Shown here piece by piece: positions 24,869-35,741 of a stretch of DNA of 35,741 nucleotides (positions are counted from its first letter, which is position 1; every line of letters starts with the position of its first letter). The notes beneath the pieces are model-generated. The model made no database searches, was not told where the DNA came from, and worked only from the letters and a program-made list of their open reading frames with translations. The position numbers were made by a program, and so were the translations under genes. Origin of the DNA: Octopus sinensis (Eukaryota); contig NW_021828042.1 in assembly GCF_006345805.1 (NCBI RefSeq), positions 1-35,741 on the forward strand. The letters run 5' to 3'.

Positions 24869-25760
24869 TCAGATTCGTGTATCAACCATAGCCCCAGGGT
24901 TACGTAGCACATTTCGTCTCTTTTCAATGGCATTTTTCAGTTTCCGTCGAGGCCCCAACTCTACATTAAGACTCTTTAAGTCTTCGTCTTCCAGCAACAT
25001 TAAGGCATCAAGGTCAATCTTCTCACGAGAGAACACATCGAAGTAGTCCTCCAGTTTGTAAGTTACAAGAAAGAGTTCAAGTGTCGAGTACTTTGTGAGG
25101 CCATTTTCGCCGTCGTCTAGGTTTCCAATGATCTCGTCGTCCCAGGGTAAGTCCTTGGGGTTGTACTGCATATCGCCTATGATGCTGTCGCTGAGTAAAG
25201 CAGTTGGACGACTAGCAAAATGTCCTTGTTCTTTGCCTCTTGTTTCGGATTCATCACCGGCAAACAAAGAATGTGCTGCCACCTGGCGGTTATTAAAAAA
25301 TGCCATCGTGCCCATACCGGGCCGATCAAAGATTCCAGCCACCTTCGAATTCTGCTCCTCTTTCTCATATATGCTATTGCTCATCTGCGATTCGGGTTGG
25401 CCATTGACATACATCACATCTGATCCCCGTGTGATACCCTTCGGGGAATGAACCGTGACGTTCCCGGTCTCGTCCACCTCCCTCACGTGGAAGACGTCAC
25501 TTTTTGGAACAGCGCTGCGTCCTGTCGTGCTGTGAGGGAAAGCTGACGGTCGGGCCTTTGTGCGGAATGCAAGTGTTTTCAGTTTCTGCCGTATTGTGGT
25601 TTTACCTGTTGGATTGCCCTGCCCTCTGTTCTGCATTTCACGAAGTTTTCGGTTTTCTTCCTCGGCCTTTCTGGCAGCCTCCTGCTGTAGTTTCTCATAG
25701 CGTTTCACATTTTTGTCATACTCAGCAATGGCCTTCTCCTTCATCTTCTCAGTTGTCTTC
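24869..25760 (-). CDS. USH1G: Usher syndrome 1G / Sans (ANKS4B-like) scaffold, last coding exon: coiled region, central domain, SAM domain, PDZ-binding motif
   Basis: Acceptor tttcag|G at 25761. Motifs FDRPGMGTMAF (CEN1-like) and DLPWDDE (CEN2-like); SAM domain LELFLVTYKLEDY...EKIDLDALML...LGPRRKL; C-terminus DTRI*. Confidence 0.9.
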
Positions 25761-25871
25761 CTGAAAGAAGGAACAGAAAAAAAAATCATTATTACACTTT
25801 ATAAGAACATATTTAATTTTTTATTTTTCTTTGTCTGTGATCCCTAACTGTTATTTTCTATTTGCTTCTTT

Positions 25872-26215
25872 CTTTTCCAACTCCACCCGTCTAACACCTG
25901 TGGACATATTTACAAAGTCAGAAAACAGCACAGCTCCCATGACTTTAGGAAACATTATTTCACACTAAGAGTTGCTGAAGCATGGAACAAACTCCCGGCA
26001 TCAGTTGTTAGTTGTCGGAGCACTGCATCCATCAAAACTTCCATGCTTCCTGAGATTCGCCAACACTACACCTGATTTTCTCCCCTCCATACACACACAA
26101 GCATGTATCTGACTCATACACTGTTCACTTTCCAGACTTTAAAAGCACTTTCTGACAAGTTGTGGTGCACCTGAGCACTGTATACAGTAATTTCATTATT
26201 ATTATTATTATTATT
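25872..26215 (+). mobile_element. CR1-type LINE 3' fragment with (TTA)n tail
   Basis: Homologous by eye to the 3' end of the LINE at 29952-30240, in opposite orientation and with a longer 3' UTR. Confidence 0.85.
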
Positions 26216-26217
26216 AT

Positions 26218-27450
26218 AAATCAAAGGAAACGATTAATATTCCCTTCAAACCTAGCTTTTGTCTCCTAGACACTAATGTTTTGAAACTGACCTATTTTCC
26301 ATTACATTTCAAACAGATTCAGTGCTAAGTTGCTGAAGCAGAAATATCGTTAGAGCAAATATTCTGCTCAATACAACAGATTTTCTTGTTGTCTTTGGTC
26401 AGTAAGTGTTATTTGCTAATTGCTTCTATCTAGAAATCAAAGGAAATTACTATTATTCCCTTCAAACTTTGCTTTTGTGACCTAGACACCAATGTTTTGA
26501 AATTAGCCTATTTTCCATTATGTTTCAGGCAGATTCAGTACTGAGTTGCTGAAACAGGAATATATATTTCTTTATTGCCCACAAGGGGCTAAACACAGAG
26601 GGGACAAACAAGCACAGACAAAGGGATTAAGTCGATCACATCAACCCCAGTGCATAACTGGTACTAATTTAATTGACCCCGAAAGGATGAAAGGTAAAGT
26701 CGACCTTCGTAGAATTTGAAATCAGAACGTAACGGCAGATGAAATACCTATTTCTTTACTGCCCACAAGGAGCTAAACACAGATAGGACAACCAAAGACA
26801 GACAAATGAATTAAGTTGATTATATCGACCCCAGTGCGTAACTGGTACTTATTTAATTGATCCCAAAAGGATGAAATGCAAAGTTGACCTTCGTAGAATT
26901 TGAACTCAGGACATAACGATCACATCAACCCCAGTGCATAACTGGTACTAATTTAATTGACCCCGAAAGGATGAAAGGTAAAGTCGACCTTCGTAGAATT
27001 TGAAATCAGAACGTAACGTCAGATGAAATACCTATTTCTTTACTGCCCACAAGGGGCTAAACACAGAGAGGACAAACAAAGACAGACAAATGAACTAAGT
27101 TGATTATATCGACCCCAGTGCATAACTGGTACTTATTTAATCGACCCTAAAAGGATGAAAGGTAAAGTTGACCTTCGTCGAATTTGAACTCAAGATGTAA
27201 CGGCAGATGAAATACCGCTAAGCATTTCGCCCTGTGTGATAACAATTCTGCAAGCTCGCTGCCCTCAAGCAGAAATATTGTCAGAGCAAATATTCTGCTG
27301 AATACCACATATTCGCTTATTGTCTTTGGTCAGTAAGTGTTATTTCCTATTCACTTCTATTTAGAAATCAAAGGCAATGACTACTATTCCCTTCACTATT
27401 TGCTTTTGCCACCTGGATCTCAACGTTTTGAAGATCACCTATTTTCCATT
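26218..27450. repeat. ~215-bp tandem repeat (about three copies) interrupted by a tandem array of SINE B
   Basis: Units start with aaatcaaagg at ~26218, ~26433 and ~27364; SINE B block at 26565-27270. Confidence 0.75.
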
Positions 27451-27910
27451 ATGGAGGCACATGGCTTAATGGTTAGGGTGCCAGCATCATGATCATAAGA
27501 TTGTGGTTTCGATTCCTGGACCGGGCGACAGGTCCAGTCCACTCAACTGGCAAAAGTGAGAAACGCTGCAATGGTCTGGCGTCCCATCCAGCTGGGGAAC
27601 ACATAAGCCATTGAAACTGGGAAACAGGGCCCATGAGCCTGACTAGGCTTTAAAAGGGCGAAAGTGGAGGTGCGTGGCTTAGTGGTTAGGGTGTCAGAAT
27701 CATGATTGTAAGATTGTGGTTTCGATTCCTGGACCGGGCGACGCGTTGTGTTCTTGAGCAAAACACTTCATTTCACGTTGCTCCAGTCCAATCAGATGGC
27801 AAAAATGAGTAACGCTGCGATGGACTGGGGTCCCATCCCACTGGGGAACACATACACCATTGAAACCGAGAAACCGGACCCATGAGCCTGGCTAGGCTTT
27901 AAAAAGGTGC
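27451..27910 (+). mobile_element. Tandem pair of tRNA-derived SINE family D
   Basis: A-box tggcttagtgg and B-box-like ggtttcgattcc in each copy; shared tail ending ctaggctttaaaa. Confidence 0.75.
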
Positions 27911-28181
27911 ATTTATTTATTATACTAAATATTAGATGAATTACTCGTAGCACACGGATTTACTCGTGGCACACGTGGGTAATTGAGGAAGAATGCGAGA
28001 TCTCATTGAATTCGGAAGTACTGGTTTTTGGATATATGCTATTCGATGGTGCTTGGTCGAATACGTCTGTTAATTATCAGTGCTCTCAAATTTAAAATTG
28101 AAATACTATACTGAAGAAGGGAATAAGTGAATAGAAATATGATTTTACATCTCTTTAACCCAGAAACGCATATACAGTTAA

Positions 28182-28567
28182 ACGAGGCGCAATGGCCCAG
28201 TGGTTAGGGCAGCAGACTCGCGGTCGTAGGATCGCGGTTTCGATTCCCAGACCGAGCGTTGTGAGTGTTTATTGAGCGAAAACACTTAAAGCTCCACGAG
28301 GCTCCGGCAGGGATGGTGGTGATCCCTGCTGTACTCTTTCACCACAACTTTCTCTCACTCTTACTTCCTGTTTCTGTTGTACCTGTATTTCAAAGGGCCG
28401 GCCTTGTCACTCTCTGTGTCACGCTGAATATCCCCGAGAACTACGTTAAGGGTACACGTGTCTGTGGAGTGCTCAGCCACTTACACATTAATTTCACGAG
28501 CAGGCTGTTCCGTTGATCGGATCAACCGGAACCCTCGTCGTCGTAACCGACGGAGTGCTTACATTCC
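28182..28567 (+). mobile_element. tRNA-derived SINE family E, full length with a 10-bp TSD
   Basis: tggcccagtggttagg A-box and ggtttcgattccc B-box; TSD atacagttaa at 28172-28181 and 28568-28577. Partial second copy at ~28730-28880. Confidence 0.8.
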
Positions 28568-28884
28568 ATACAGTTAATCAAAGCTGGGTGGATTCTGTAT
28601 TTTTTCTCTGTACTGTCTGGGAGATATCTTATGATAGTGGAATAGTATTTAACTGCTATTTATAAATTTCAGTATGAGGTGAAGCAAATTTTGCTGAACC
28701 CTAATTACAATCAAAAATGAAATTAGTAGCTACAGTTTGTTGTTTAGCCTCAGGTGTGACCTGATCCAGCAGAAATTAGTAGTACCGGTAATTCTAAAGA
28801 GGCCAACCTTGTCACATTCTATGTCACACTGAATCTTCCTGAAAATTAAATTAAGGGTCCACATGTCTGTAGAGTGCTCATAGG

Positions 28885-29050
28885 CACAGGAGTGGCTGTG
28901 TGGTGAGTAGCTTGCTAACCAACCACCTGGTTCCAGGTTCAATTCCACTGTGTGGCACCTTGGGCAAGTATCTTCTACTATAGCCTCGGGCCGACCAAAG
29001 CCTTGTGAGTGGATTTGGTAGACGGAAACTGAAAGAAGTCTGTTGTATAT
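28885..29050 (+). mobile_element. SINE family A, 5' half
   Basis: Matches 3391-3545. Confidence 0.8.
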
Positions 29051-29213
29051 ATGCTCAGAATTACAGAATTTTCCTATACATTAGATGATGTAGTCATAGA
29101 AAATAGATGGTCATATGTGGAACAATTTTGATCATAGGTCTACTGGATGAAAACTGACCTAGGGTTAAATAACAACAACAGAAATATTTATTGGAATTTC
29201 TCTTAAAATTTAC

Positions 29214-29435
29214 CGATTTTTCAGGAGCTGTATGTTTTGTTGCTGATCTAAATACTTCATAATATCTCGCCTGTTGTTTACTGAGCTAACATCAAATGCA
29301 GTGTGGTGGCTGTTATCCAGTGCCCAGATGTTGCAGCCCCAGTTGACCAGAAACGTAACACAATCTATATGACCCTTCTTTGTTGCATGGTGCAGAGCGG
29401 TCTGGCCCAAATAATCTGCCTTTTCAGGGTTTCCT
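29214..29435 (-). CDS. USH1G: USH1G/Sans internal exon encoding ankyrin repeats (222 nt, phase 2-2)
   Basis: Acceptor tttcag|A at 29436, donor CG|gtaaat at 29213. GNPEKADYLGQTALHHATKKGHIDCVTFLVNWGCNIWALDNSHHTAFDV matches the SANS ankyrin region, and it splices in frame to 25760. Confidence 0.9.
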
Positions 29436-29479
29436 CTGAAATAAATAAAAAAAAATATATATATATATAAATAAATGAA

Positions 29480-29497
29480 TCAATAATAATAATAATG

Positions 29498-29534
<37 letters not shown>

Positions 29535-32412
29535 TGATGATGATAATAATAATGCCCTGATGCAGTACCAGGCAGTGGCTACGTGGCTTCTAATCTTAGC
29601 TGATTGGAAGTGTTATCATGTACATTGTTTTGTCTTGGTATAAAAGATGGGCTACAGCAAATATTCTGCTCAATACCACAGATTTGCTTGTCAGTTGTTT
29701 GACCTTAACCAGTTGAGCATGTCCCTTATTAGTGGCTGACGATATGTGCATCTCTGATCATGAGCAGGAGTAGTGGGGGAGCATCATGGCTATGTATTGA
29801 GAGAGATTCTTTTAGGGTTTGGATAATTCACCTCTGGAAACATGGGTGGTTCATTCAACGTCCTTAAACAATCCTTATTCAGGGACCTTTTGAGTGGGAT
29901 GGGTTACTCAACCAGAAGAAAATTCTAACTGGGCTCCACCTGCAAGGTCATAATAATAATAATAATAATAATAATAAACATTGTGTACAGTGCTCAGGTG
30001 CACTACAACTCATCGAAAGTGTATATATAATCAGGTGTAGTTTCGACGGATTTCGGAAAGCATGAGGGCCTTAAAGGATGCAGTGTCATGGCAGTCAACA
30101 ACTGACGCAGGCAGTTTATTCCATGCTTCAGCAACTCTGAGTGTGAAGAAATGTTTCCGAAAGTCATGGGAGCTGTGTTGTTTTCTGACTTTGTAGGCAT
30201 GTCCACGTGTGTTAGACACATGGAGATCAAAAAGGTGTTCAGTGTTGTTATTGGTGAGGTGGTTGACAACTTTGTGGGCGTTTACTAAGTCCGTCGCCAG
30301 ACACCGGAGCTTCAGTGAATCCATGCCCAGGGAAACAAGGCGCTCAGAATATGGTAGGTGTCTGATGGAGGGTATGCGTTTGGTTGCACGTCTCTGAACA
30401 GATTCCAGGAGGTCAATGTTCTGAGCAAGATAGGGGTTCCAAACTGATGATACGAATTCCAAGTGTGGTCGTACCACAGCTGTATACAGTTTTAAATAGA
30501 TGGCTGGAGAGCGGCTAACAAAAGTCTTGCTGAGTGATGCCAAGACACCCTCGGCCTTCTTGACAATTTTAGAGATATGCTTTGTCCAACGCAAATCGCT
30601 GCTGACAGTGATGCCTAGGTCACGCTCGCAAGAGGATTTCTTGATATCAGTGTTGTGGAGGAAGTATGTGGACGCAGGGTTTTTCTCCCAAAATGCATGG
30701 TGGTACACTTGTCCACAGACAGTTTCAGTTGCCAGTCTGTGATCCATTGCTGCATTGTGTCCAGGTCTGATTGCAGGAAAGAGCTGTAGACAACAGGATC
30801 TGTCCTCTTGATTTCAAGGTACAGCTTGATGTCGTCTGCATATTTTAATACTGTGGCATTCTTTAAATTTGCATCTACGTCATTAATGTATGCCACAAAC
30901 AAGAGGGGACCAAGGACAGATCCCTGTGGTACACCCGATGACATCTCATATGGTGTAGAATGCTGTCCTAGAACTGTGACTACCTCCTTTCGGTTGAGAA
31001 TGAAGGATTTCAACCAGTTAAAAAGGTCATCCCTCACACCCATTGCAGAGAATTTCACCATAAGCCTTTTGTGTGGCACAGAGTTGAAAGCCTTAGCAAA
31101 GTCAAGGTAGACAACATCCACCCATGAGCCACTGTCAGTGATCTGAGTAATGTCCTCAAGGAACTCGACAAGCTGATCACTGCAGCTGGAGTTAGGGACA
31201 AATCCATATTGTGAGGGTCGGATGAGACTGTGTGAGCTCCAGAAGTTCCAAAGTGTTTCTCTGACACACGATTCCATCAGTTTTGCAATACAGCTAGTGA
31301 GACTGACTGGGCGATAGTTGACAGGTGATGTGCGGTCGCCCTTCTTGAACAGAGGAATGACACTGGCAGTTTTCCACTGTTCCAGAGTAGCACCATTGTT
31401 GAGACAGTACTGGAAGAAAGTAGAGAGCTGGTGTAAAAGGAAGTACCTGCCACGTTTGAGAAGCAGGTATGTAACTCCATCAAGACCAGGGGAGGCATAG
31501 TTGCGCTTATTTTGAAGGTGATGTCGCAGCATGGCAGGTGTAAATTCCATAGTTGTTATGGAATTTGCTGTTAGAGATGGTGAAGATGGTACATTTTGAC
31601 TTTCAACAGTGAATATGTTTGCATAGCACTCGGCAATGAGTTCTGCGCATTCCTTGGGGTCGTCAGTGATCTGGTTTGTGTGAGGGTTGCAAAGAGGGCC
31701 CACTGGAGAGTGAGGTCTCTGCTTCGAATGCACATATTTCCAGAAAACCTTGCTGTCAGGATTGGCTGCTATGCACTGTTCAAATTCAAACACTGCTTTT
31801 TTTGTCACTTGCTTGAGATGGTTGGAGGATTTATTCCGCTTCTTCCTGTTGGTGTCTGATTTATGCAACCTGTATTCCCGTTCAGCAGTCCGACGTTCCC
31901 TCCTGGCAAGTCGGACCGCTGAAGTTTCCCAAATTGCACTTTTGGGGCGGTTCTTCTTTTTCTGTTTACATGGCACTGATGCTGCACATGCTGCCCATAT
32001 TGAGTCCAGGATACTCTGGAATATAGTATTCACATCTCCAGAGTTGTAGAATTCACGCCAGTTTGGGTGCTGTAGTTCAGTGTGGTACAGGTTCCAATCT
32101 GCTTTCTTCCAATCGAAGGAAGCAGTTTGGAGATGGTTCAGGTTTTTGTTGCCCGCAAGAGCCAGATTGGCAATGATCATAGCATGATCAGAGTCACCTA
32201 GAGGTTCCTCCGTAGTGCAATTGAAAACCGCTTCAGGAGTTGTGGTGAAGAGCAGGTCCAAGGTGTTGTCGCCTCTTGTTGGAGAGGTGACTACTTGTGA
32301 CCAGTTTGAGTCCAGTACAAGCTCATGTGCTGTTTATTTTGATATGAGATCACCATGTCGCACACATATGGTTGTGATGCATGTGCCTGGTGTACCCTTA
32401 TCAGATGGGTAT
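29480..32412 (-). mobile_element. SINE-like host element with an (ATT)n tail (29480-29951 plus 32318-32412), split by the LINE
   Basis: Simple-repeat tail at 29480-29550; the sequence on either side of the LINE joins through a 9-bp near-duplicated site. Confidence 0.5.
29952..32317 (-). mobile_element. 5'-truncated CR1-type non-LTR retrotransposon (end of endonuclease, RT, C-terminus, (TTA)n tail)
   Basis: QVVTSPTRGDNTLDLLF; NYRPVSLTS; YLDFAKAFNSVPH; SGVPQGSVLGPLLF; YADD; one -1 frameshift near 30680; TSD caaggtcat/caagctcat. Confidence 0.92.
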
Positions 32413-32674
32413 GCTCAATAATAATAATAATAATAGTTTCAAATTTTGCCAGGAAGGCAAACATTTTGGGGGAGAGGACAAGTTGATTACACTGACCCGT
32501 GTCCTACTGGTACTTACTTCATCGACCCCAAAAGGATGAAAGGCAAAGTTGACCTCGGCGGAATTTGAACTTAGAACGTAGTGACAGGTGAAATGCCACT
32601 AAGCATTTTACCTGGCATGCTAATGATTCTACCAGCTCCCCACCTTAATAATGATGACGACGACGACAACAATA

Positions 32675-33030
32675 CTCTCTCTTTTACTTGTTTCAGTCAT
32701 TTGACTGCGGCCATGCTGGAGCACCGCCTTTAGTCGAGCAAATCAACCCCAGGACTTATTCTTTGTAAGCCTAGTACTTATTCTATCGGTCCCTTTTTGC
32801 CGAACCGCTAAGTTAGGGGTACATAAACACACCAGCATCGGTTGTCAAGCGATGTTGGGATGGACAAACACAGACACACACATATATATGACGGGCTTCT
32901 TTCAGTTTCCGTCTACCAAATCCACTCACAAGGCTATAGAAGAAGACACTTGCCCAAGGTGCCACGCAGTGGGACTGAACCCAGAACCATGTGGTTGGTA
33001 AGCAAGCTACTTACCACACAGCCACTCCTG
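32675..33030 (-). mobile_element. SINE family A, near full length
   Basis: Reverse complement of 3391-3775. Confidence 0.85.
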
Positions 33031-33282
33031 CTCCTCCTGTGCCTATAACACAGTTATTTTTGCTAAATTCTTCATAACTTTCAAAATCAATCGAAACACA
33101 AAGGCAGTGTATAGCAATGGAAATACAGTTAGAAAAGGAAATAACTTTATCTCGGCGAAGATTGTGGTTTTGCAACCCACATCAATTTAACTTCCTCATT
33201 TTCTTCCTCAACATTATACAAAGGTGTTTGTACCACCCAACAACCCTCTCCAAATTCCATTAATGTTTTTTGTTTGTTTTGG

Positions 33283-33842
33283 TGTAGGAGTGGCTGTGTG
33301 GTAAGTAGCTTGCTTACCAGCCACATGGTTCCGGGTTCAGTCCAACTGCATGGCACCTTGGGCAAGTGTGTTTGACTATAACCTTGGGCTAACCAAAGCC
33401 TTGTGAGTGGATTTGGTAGATGGAAACTGAAAGAAGCTCATCGTATATATATGTATATACATATATGTATGTATAATAAAAATTATATATATATAGGCGT
33501 AGGAGTGGCTGTGTGGTAAGTAGCTTGCTTACCTGCCACATGGTTCTGGGTTCAGTCCCACTGCTTGGCACCTTGGGCAAGTGTCTTCTACTATAGCCTC
33601 GGGCCAATCAAAGCCTTGTGAGTGGTTTGGTAGATGGAAACTGAAAGAAGCCCATTGTATATGTGTGTGTTGTGTGTATGTGTGTGTGTGTCTGTGTATG
33701 TCCCTGTCACTTAGCGGTTCGGCAAAAGAGACTGACAGAATAAGAACTAGGCTTACAAAGAATAAGTCCCAGGATTGATTTGTTCGACTAAAGGCGGTGC
33801 TCCAGCATGGCCACAGTCAAATGACTGAAACAAGTAAAAGAG
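33283..33842 (+). mobile_element. SINE family A: 5' half plus full copy
   Basis: Same arrangement as 3217-3775. Confidence 0.8.
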
Positions 33843-34069
33843 TATTAATATTAAAGTGGCAAAATGGCAGAATCATCAGCATGTTGGATGAAATGCTTGG
33901 TGGTATTTCGCCCATCGCTATGTTCTGAGTTCAAATCCTGCCAAGGTAGACTTTGCTTTTATCCTCCCAGGGTCAAAAAACTAAGTACCAGTTAAACACT
34001 AGGTTTGATGTAATCAACTGGTCCCCTCCTCCAAAATTTTGGGCCTTGTGCCTCTGTTAGGAAGGATTA

Positions 34070-34880
34070 TAGATGGCGAAGCAGGACCTTCAAACATTGG
34101 GCCTCACAGAGGCAATGACTAGTGACTGTGACCTTTGGAAATATGCTGTGCTTGAGAAGACCCAGCAAGACAAGTGAGACCATAACCTCGTGGCCTATGC
34201 CAGGGACATAACCAACCCACTTATGCATACCGTTTCCTTCTTTGGACACTAAACTCTGCTTGCAAAGACCTGTTGAGGCAAGTGAAATCACAATCAAAAT
34301 CAAATTCGCTGACTGGCATCCGTGAGGGTGATCGTTGACAGAGACGCTAACTAGCTCCCATGCTGGTGGCACATAAAAAGCACCATTTGAGCATGATCGT
34401 TACCAGCGTTGCCTCACTGGCACTAGTGCCAGTGGCACATGAAAAACAACATTAGAGCGAGATCACTTCCAGTGCCGCAGGACTGGCTCCTGTGCAGGTG
34501 GCACATAAAAAGCACCATTCGAGCATGATCGTTACTAGCATCACCTTACTGGCACATGTGCCAGCGACATGTGGAAAACAACATTTGAACGAGATCACTG
34601 CCAGTGTTGCTGGACTGGCTCCTGTGCAGGTGGCACATAAAAAACACCATTTGAGCGTGGCCGTTGCCAGTACTGCCTGACTGGCCCTCGTGCCAGTGGC
34701 ATGTAAAAGCACCCACTACACTCTCTTAGTGGTTGGCGTTAAGAAGGGCATCCAGCCGTAGAAACTCTGCCAGATCAAGATTGGAGCCTGGCGCAGCCAT
34801 TTGGTTCGCCAGTCCTCAGTCAAATCATCCAACCCATGCTAGCATGGAAAGCGGACGTTAAACAATGATGATGATGATTG
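34070..34880 (+). mobile_element. RTE-clade LINE 3' end with an expanded UTR repeat array
   Basis: MAKQDLQTLGLTEAMTSDCDLWKYAVLEKTQQDK*, then about six ~65-bp repeats and a (TGA)n tail. Confidence 0.75.
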
Positions 34881-34984
34881 TTATTACTGTCCTCCTTTTT
34901 GTTGCTTTTATTGTTGTTGTAGTTCTTCTCCTCTGCACCTCCTCCTCCTACTTATTGTTGTTGTTGTTGTTACTGTTGTTTTTC

Positions 34985-35203
34985 TTCTTCTCCTTCTTCA
35001 CATTATCATTATTATTATTATATACTATTATTAAAATATATTATTACTATTACGATTATTATTATCATATCATTATTATTACTATTATTTATTTATCACT
35101 ATTATTATTATATTATATTATTATTATGATTTATTAGATTATTATTACTATTATCATTTTATTATTATTATTACTATTATATTATCATTATTATTATTAT
35201 TAT

Positions 35204-35234
<31 letters not shown>

Positions 35235-35480
35235 CTAGTATTATTATTATTATTACTATTTTATTATTACTAGTATTATCATATATTATTATTATTATTA
35301 CTATTATTATATCATTATTATTATGATTATACTAGATTATATTATTATTATTAGGATTATTATTACTAGTATTATTATCATTATTATTATTATTATTATT
35401 ACTATATTATTATTATTATTATTACTCTTATTATTATATTGTTATTATTACTACTATTATTGTTATTACTATATTATTCA
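34985..35480. repeat. Long degenerate (ATT)n trinucleotide tract
   Basis: Direct reading. Confidence 0.95.
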
Positions 35481-35741
35481 TCTACTACACAAAAACTGTT
35501 TTCCCACATAACTAATAGTTGTAGGTTGTTAAAGGCAACATTTCTTTTAGGGTGTAGCTGACATTCTATTCACCTGGCTTAGTCACCAAGTGTATATAGA
35601 CGTGGGTGTTCTCGTGACTGTGTGGTAGAAGCTCGCTTCCAAACACATAGTTCCAGTTCTTGGGCAAGTGCCTTTTACTCTAATCAAGGCCCGTGAATGA
35701 ATGGATTGGTAGATGGAAACTGAAAGAAGCTCATTGTATAA

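Noticed and set aside
28105-28180. CTGAAGA-AGGG...CCCA-GAAAC hammerhead-like core
   Set aside because: Stem III is only 2 bp, there is no stem I complement after the putative cut site, and a SINE is inserted there.
27451-28260. tRNA-like heads at 27451, 27665 and 28182 as tRNA genes
   Set aside because: A/B boxes are present but there is no complete cloverleaf, and they continue into SINE bodies.
29436-35741. USH1G exon 1
   Set aside because: No N-terminal ankyrin-coding segment with a suitable donor found; the region is nearly all TE.

Overview
AT-rich, repeat-dense eukaryotic DNA. The C2H2 zinc-finger style and the SINE/LINE families suggest Octopus or another coleoid cephalopod (inference). 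The left 15.5 kb is a tandem cluster of three + strand C2H2 zinc-finger genes with no visible effector domain: one partial, one with 10 intact fingers plus a decayed tail, and one ~18-finger pseudogene. Copies 2 and 3 arose by a ~5.2 kb tandem duplication. The right part holds exons 2 and 3 of a USH1G/Sans (ANKS4B-like) gene on the - strand; exon 1 was not found in the window. The rest is mobile DNA: a young 5'-truncated CR1-type LINE, RTE LINE 3' ends, a Gypsy integrase relic, two Tc1/mariner relics, a GG-ended 8-bp-TSD (Merlin-like) MITE family, Helitron-like elements, several tRNA-derived SINE families and microsatellites. Best non-obvious signals: a type I hammerhead ribozyme fold just past the USH1G stop codon, a tRNA-Glu pseudogene fused to an RTE tail with full SINE architecture, a foldback MITE dimer with its own TSD, and inverted repeats flanking a symmetric 222-nt exon whose circle would be stop-free. 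All alignments were done by eye and most repeat boundaries are approximate.
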